Both the position numbers and the translations under genes were made by a program. The notes under the pieces were generated by a model. That model saw nothing but the letters and a program-made list of their open reading frames with translations. It was not told the DNA's origin and made no database searches. A stretch of 64,000 nt of DNA from Octopus vulgaris (lineage: Eukaryota), in assembly GCA_951406725.2 (NCBI GenBank), contig OX597822.1, forward strand, positions 14,508,001 through 14,572,000, written 5' to 3'. Within the stretch, counting starts at the first letter, position 1. Each line of letters begins with the position of its first letter. Shown here in pieces: positions 57,502 through 64,000 of this stretch.

Positions 57502-59140
57502 TTGGCTACAATATTAAGGTCAGCCAAAAGAATGTCTCTGTCCAGGGAAAGAGAGATCGCTGCAGAAAGGGAAGCATGCCAAGAAACGAACAGACTGTGC
57601 ACTACAAAGGTTAGAGCATCTCCCAGTGATGAACAGAGGTATGCACGACTGACAAGGAACAGGATCTCCACTGCTCCAACAACTCAGAAAAGCAATTTTT
57701 ATGAAGCAGATTTCAATTATGATCCAGAAGTTCATTATGCAGATGACACTAGAGTTTCCATTGGCGCAATGACAACTGAATACATACATTGTAAAGCAAA
57801 GAGGTGGCCTGGAGAGACATCTGCACTGTACTGGTGTGGTGGAAAGGTTAAACTCCCTGCAATCCCGCAACCTCCAGAGCCATTGAAGAAACTGTTCTCA
57901 TCAACTGACCAAGATCCCAAACACTTCCAAAACAAAATTAGACAGTACAACGCTGCACTACAAATGACATCATTTGGTGCCACAAGAGATTTAACTGATC
58001 CAGAATTCATGCAAACTTCCAAGATCCAAGGTCAGATTTATCATCGGATTGGCTCTCTTCTTCTTCTGCCAAATGAATCACCAAAATTCTTTCAAATATA
58101 TATTATGGGTGATTCTCAAGAAGAAGGCCAAGAGAGGTGCAAGAATGAACATTGTAGTGTCTCTGCAAATGATGCTGCTTAACAAGAACAATCTGATCAG
58201 AAGCATCAAGACTACACTTGAAAAAATTCCACATGACTCCATGGATTACAAGATAGTTGTCAGATCAGACAAGAAACCATCTGGTCAACATGGAGGGAGG
58301 TTTAATGCGCCAACAGCAAATAAAATAGCTGTACTTCTGGTTGGGCAAGAACATGACAAGCGTGACATTGTCCTTTTTCTCAGAGACAGCACACCGACAG
58401 ACACAGTCCAACTACAAATGGAAGCTCCCAAAAATACCACACTCACAGCATTCTTCAAACTCTGTCAAGATGGTGAATTTGCTACAAGACTCCTATACAA
58501 TGAAGTTCCACAATTCTATACCTGGTACCAAAGCAAATGGAAAAGACATGTACTTGGAGAACCTACACATCATCCGGGAATCAAGAAATCAGACACACTT
58601 GGCAGAGTCTATGTTGTCCGTCCCAACCACTCAGAGTGCTACTATCTAAGGCTTCTATTATACCACGTCAAGGGACCCACATCATTTACAGCCTTACGTA
58701 CGGTTGATACCACAGTATGTCAAACACATCGCCAAGCTTGCCATCTCAGAGGTCTTCTGGAAGATGATGCACACTGGGATGTCACTCTGACAGAGGCACA
58801 CATGTGCAAGTCTCCTATGCAGCTGAAGAAGCCTCTTCTCCATCATGGCAGCATGATGGATGAGAATCTCTTCATACCAAGGATACCTCTCGTATCAAAT
58901 GACCACCCCTTTCAGTTCCAGAGACTGCAGTTTCCTGTCAAACTTAGCTTTTCAATGTCTATCAACAAAGCACAAGGTCAATCTCTAAAGGTGTTGGGAC
59001 TTAACCTCCTTCAACGTTGCTTCTCACATGGTCGACTGTATGTTGGATGTTCTAGAATTGGAGGTGAAAAGAGCCTCTACATTCTCAGTGATAAACATGG
59101 CAAGACAGAAAACATAGTGTATGAAGAAGCACTTACATGA
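57502..59140 (+). pseudogene. Helitron Rep/helicase, internally deleted and frameshifted (ORFs 57502-58182 and 58049-59140)
   Basis: IRQYNAALQMTSFG, QGQIYHRIGSLL, RFNAPT, TTLTAFF, ECYYLRLLL..GPTSF, RLQFPVKLSFSMSINKAQGQSL..FSHGRLYVGCSR. Confidence 0.9.
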
Positions 59141-59861
59141 ATCGTAGGTCCATGTCATATACTGAAGTGTAAAACCATTGAGTGTTAAAGTATTACTCTT
59201 ACACTTTCACTTTTTGATTAACATGCGTGAATGTATATCTGTGTGTATAAAAGTAAAACATTAATGTGATATATTCGCTATCTCTGTGTGTGTGTGTATG
59301 TGCTCTACGCACGGCCTTTCATTGTTTATAATCTGTTCCTGTTTTGTTTTGTTTGGTTACGAAATAAGTTAGAAAAATGTATTTATATAAAATATATGAG
59401 TTGTAAACTTTTTCACATTTCACTTAATGTCTATGATCTATGTTGACATGGGTTGCAGAGTTACGTAGAAAGTTGGTATATTTATGCCACGTTATCACAT
59501 GAACGACCAGAATATCTGATGTTGTTATACATCGCTGATCATAATGCTCTTTGCACTGTTTTAGCGTTCGAACGATACTAACCCGCTGGTAAAGAAAGCC
59601 GCCCCAAATCACCCTGTATGGGTAGGCTAGTCTACCGCAGCGTTACAACTGTATGGATTGCAGCAATGTGAAGTGGAGTGTTTTTCTCGAGAACACAACG
59701 AGCAGCAGCTGATCTGGGAATCGAACCTACGATCTCACATCATGCGTGCAACAATCTTAATCACGAGGCCTTCACACGTATATTTCAATGGGACTGAACC
59801 TGAAAGCACGTGGTTGGGAATCAAGCTTCTTACCACACAACCACGCCTGCTCCTCTGCCTC

Positions 59862-60172
<311 letters not shown>

Positions 60173-60322
60173 TATATATATATATTATTAATATTATCAT
60201 TATTATTAATGTTGTTGTTGATGTTGTTGTTGTTGTTGTCGTTATTATTATTATTATCATTATTATTATTATTATTATCATTATTATTATTATTATTATT
60301 ATCATTATTATCATTATTATTT

Positions 60323-60530
60323 AATCTGCAAAATTATCACAGAACTTTTACTCAGAGTTTCACGTTCTTGATCGTCAGACAGTTGTGTTAAATATTTATT
60401 GCAACTGTCTAACGAACGAGAACGTGAAACTCTGAGTAACAGTTCTGTGATAATTTTGCAGATTTAATAAAATGTATATTACTCTACCTTTGGTATTCAA
60501 GTACTATTTTCCCATCTTGTTTTACACTTA
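60323..60530. mobile_element. Foldback element (~63-bp arms, 16-nt loop) with a hammerhead in each arm
   Basis: 60323-60385 vs 60402-60464; ctgt CTAACGA acg agaa cgt GAAACTCTGAGT A acag. Confidence 0.85.
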
Positions 60531-60544
60531 TATGCTCACCTGTG

Positions 60545-60969
60545 TATATGTGTGTGTGTGTGTGCGTGTGTGTGTGTGTATCTTTGCATCTGTGTTTGTA
60601 GCCCATCGCCGCTTGACAATCGGTGTGAATGTGATTACGACCCCATAATTTAGCAGTTCGGTAAAAGAAACCGATAGTCGTGTTAACGAACTGCTAGGTG
60701 TGGCGATGTAAACACAACAAAACCGGTTGTCAAGCGGTGGTGTAGGACAAACACACAGACACACACTCACTCTCCCTCTCTCTCACACACACATAGTATA
60801 TATATATATATATATATTTCTCCTTGTTTTTTTGTGTGTCCCTTTCTGTGGAAGAGCGTAGTCTCGAAACGTAAAAGACTTTTTCAATTCCTGAGCGTTA
60901 TACTAATACATCTGTTTGTTTTGTACACCACCTGTCTTCGTCATTTGTTTTTTTCGTGAACTCTCCCCC

Positions 60970-61013
<44 letters not shown>

Positions 61014-61150
61014 CTTCAGGCTTCTTTCAGTTTCCATCTACCAAATCAACACACAAGGCTTTAATCGGCCTGTGATAGAAGACAAAAGACAAACACAAAA
61101 AAAGCCTACGCAATAGGACTGAACCTGCAATCAAGTGGTTGGGAAGCAAA
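60545..61150. mobile_element. Inverted pair of SINE-C 3' halves (60545-60770); the minus copy continues to 61150 with a nested F2 element
   Basis: ccgcttgacaatcggt vs accggttgtcaagcgg. Confidence 0.75.
60818..60970 (+). mobile_element. Hammerhead element family F2
   Basis: cttt CTGTGGA a gagc gtag tctc GAAA CGT A aaag; (TA)n both sides. Confidence 0.78.
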
Positions 61151-61156
61151 CATCTC

Positions 61157-61193
<37 letters not shown>

Positions 61194-61299
61194 CATATGA
61201 TATAATATAAGAAGTATATATCAGTGTGTGCGTGTGTATGTAAGTGTATATGTGAGTGAAGGGAGACAACGAGAGACAAAAAGTTAAAAGACATGCATG

Positions 61300-61352
<53 letters not shown>

Positions 61353-61902
61353 GTGTGTGTGTGTGTATGTGTGTGTGTGCGTGTGTGTGTGTGTGTGCGT
61401 GTGTGTGTGTATCCATGCATAGAAAAGAACGACAAAGAAGCAACAGCTATAAAAAAATAAGAAAAAGACGAGTACAAGAAAGAAATGACAGTGATGACAA
61501 AAGAATCACAATGACGGACTGCGAAGACGAAACCCTGACAGGAGTGACGACTACTCTCTCTCATTAAATGAAAGTTTTATAGTTGAACGGAGAATACGAA
61601 GAGTATAAAAGGAAACACGTGTTGACCTTTAAATTTTCTGTTTGCATATTAATGTTTATATAATACCAACAGAATACAACTACACGTGCCTTTTCTATGA
61701 AATAGTGGCAGTTTACGGATGGCTAAATAGACAGACACATAGAATTGAAAAGTAGCTAGGCAGAAACCCATCTCTCTCTCTCTCTCTTTCTCTCTTTCTT
61801 TACCTCTCTCTCTATCTGTCTATTATCTATTTATTTATCTATCTGTCTGTCTGTCTATCCCAATATATACCTGAGCGTATATGTATATATATACGAATAT
61901 AA

Positions 61903-62436
61903 GGCGGCGAGCTGGCAGAAACGTTAGCACGCCGGACTAAATGCGTAGCCGTATTTCGTCTGCCGTTACGTTCTGAGTTCAAATTCCGTCGAGGTCGATT
62001 TTGCCTTTCATCCTTTCGGGGTCGATAAATAAAGTACCAGTTACGCACTGAGGTCGATGTAATCGAATTAATCCGTTTGTCTGTCCTTGTTTGTTCTCTC
62101 TGTGATTAGCCCCTTGTGGGTAGTAAAGAAATAGAAATAGGTATTTCGTCTGCCGTTCGTTCTGAGTTCAAATTCCGCCGAGGTCTACTTCGCCTTTCAT
62201 CCTTTAAGGCGGCGAGCTGGCAGACACGTTAGCGCGCCGGGCGAAATGCTTAGCGGTATTTCGTCTGTCGTTACGTTCTGAGTTCAAATTCCGCCGAGGT
62301 CGACATTGCCTTTCATCCTTTCAGAGTCGATAAATAAAGTACCAGTTTCGCACTAGGGTTGATGTAATCGACTTAATCCCTTTGTCTGTCCTTGTTTGTC
62401 CCCTCCATGTTTAGCCCCTTGTGGGCAATAAAGAAA
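61903..62436 (+). mobile_element. SINE-A array (full, partial, full) with Tx1-type tails
   Basis: Heads ggcggcgagctggcaga at 61903 and 62208; tails ..gccccttgtggg..aaagaaa. Confidence 0.9.
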
Positions 62437-62529
62437 AAAAAAAATATATATATATATACACACACACCCACACACACGAGTATAAGTACATATATGTATG
62501 TATGTACGTACGGAAGTATACACGTAATA

Positions 62530-62740
62530 ATCCTTTCTACTATAGGTTCAAGGCCTGGAATTTTGGATATGGGGTAAGTCGATTACATCGCTCCCAGTAC
62601 TCAGCTAGTGCTTAATTTATCGACTCCGAAAAGGAATAAAGAGCAAAGTCGACCTGGCAGAATTTGAACTCAGAATGTAAAGATCGACGAAATGTCGCAA
62701 AGTATTTTTACCTAGTGTGCTAACGGTACTGCCAGCTCAC
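62530..62740 (-). mobile_element. SINE-A, decayed
   Basis: gcaaagtcgacctggcagaatttgaactcaga..gccagctcactgc. Confidence 0.75.
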
Positions 62741-62791
62741 TGCGTACATATAATTATACAAAAATACGTGCATAATACAAAGATACGTGTA

Positions 62792-62883
<92 letters not shown>

Positions 62884-62905
62884 AGTCTATCTGTCTGTCT
62901 GTCTG

Positions 62906-62991
<86 letters not shown>

Positions 62992-62994
<3 letters not shown>

Positions 62995-64000
62995 CTTTGT
63001 TAGCCACTCAGGGCTGCACACAGACGGGACAGATTACAAAGTAGAGCTTTTCTTTTTTGGGAGGAAAAAAGGAAAAAAGGGGAAAAAACGATAAATAGAG
63101 ATCGTGTATCACAGTGTCATGATGTAAGGTGTAAAGGGAGAAGCAGATAAGGTTTATCCGTGGGAAGAAAAGCCTACGGAAAAGACCACGGTTACCTCGG
63201 TCAATATTGTTACATGTTACCACATTTGTTTGCAAGTGGGTAACCCTCTGTTTTAAATTTCCAGGTTCATAGGATTATGCTCAAGGTGGCTTCGTCATTC
63301 ATACGTGCCATCCTTGCTACATTCACCCTTTTTTTTAAAAAACATTCGCTAGACAAAACTTGCCTCTCTACTCTCACTTTCCTTTTCAAGTGATACTTGA
63401 AGAAGTTGATGAGAGATTGACTAGAGAGGAAAGTGTTTGTCTCCAATCCTTTCAGACGCGTCCACCAGATACATTCTTTCACCATAGCCACAAGGATGAT
63501 GAAAACAGCTCTTCCTTCCCGTTTGAAGGAAGGAGGTGTGACGATATTGACGATAGACTCGGCTGATAAACCGACTCGTCCCCCACGTGACAGCAGTCGT
63601 TCGACATAAGCCCACAGGTCGGAGATTGTTGGACACTGCACGAGTACGTGCAGAACGGTTTCGTCGCTCTTGCCGCATCTCGGGCAGGTCGGCCCCGTGT
63701 TTCTCGGGCCGTGTCTGTAGAGCTTATCCCGAACTGGTAGCGCTTCTCGGTAGCACTGCCAAGCCAGGGATATCTAGAAGTTGTCCATAGCTCCCGGCCC
63801 GAAAGTCGTCTTGAACAGGCGGGTCAGGTATTCCTCGTCGACGCCCAGGTTCGCTCTGAGATCGTCGTCGTACCTCCTCTCCACTAATCTCCTATAGAAT
63901 GTTTTGTTTGTGTTAGAGTTACTCAAGGTCGACCCGGGACGGCATTGTTGCTTAAGAGCAAAGCGACACTCGCGGTGCCATTCGCCCTTCCTCGGCCTCT
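62992..64000 (-). pseudogene. Tx1/L1-like LINE 3' part, runs off the window
   Basis: ORF 63267-63641 is nearly identical to the 41811 copy; stop codon near 63775. Confidence 0.85.

Noticed and set aside
59611-59631. accc..gggt hairpin plus CTAG-T as the Helitron 3' end
   Set aside because: It lies inside a minus-strand SINE-D motif (compare 13535-13566); the true terminus was not identified
61903-62436. CRISPR-like repeated units
   Set aside because: Eukaryotic SINE array with no repeat-spacer periodicity

Overview
This is an AT-rich, microsatellite-saturated eukaryotic window with no recognisable host exon, rRNA gene or intact tRNA gene. The repeat complement suggests an octopus (coleoid cephalopod) intergenic or intronic region, which is an inference. 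Most ORF-track entries are translations of (TA)n, (CA)n, (TATC)n and (TAA)n tracts. The real content is: several tRNA-derived SINE families; decayed non-LTR retrotransposons (Tx1/L1-like x4, R4/Dong-like, RTE-like, CR1-like, Hero-like); DNA transposon relics (a mariner nested in a mariner, a DD37D-like element, MITEs); and an internally deleted Helitron. The most striking signal is a population of short non-coding elements, from about eight sequence families, that carry minimal type-I hammerhead ribozyme motifs (YTGANRA - stem II - GAAA - palindrome - cleavage triplet - helix I). They sit mostly in or beside (TA)n tracts, several occur as foldback inverted dimers, and they include U3:A8 and U6 core variants. 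A Tx1-like LINE appears to target (TATC)n and shares its 3' terminal stem-loop with a composite SINE. All alignments and folds were done by eye, so boundaries are approximate and family names come from remembered motifs.
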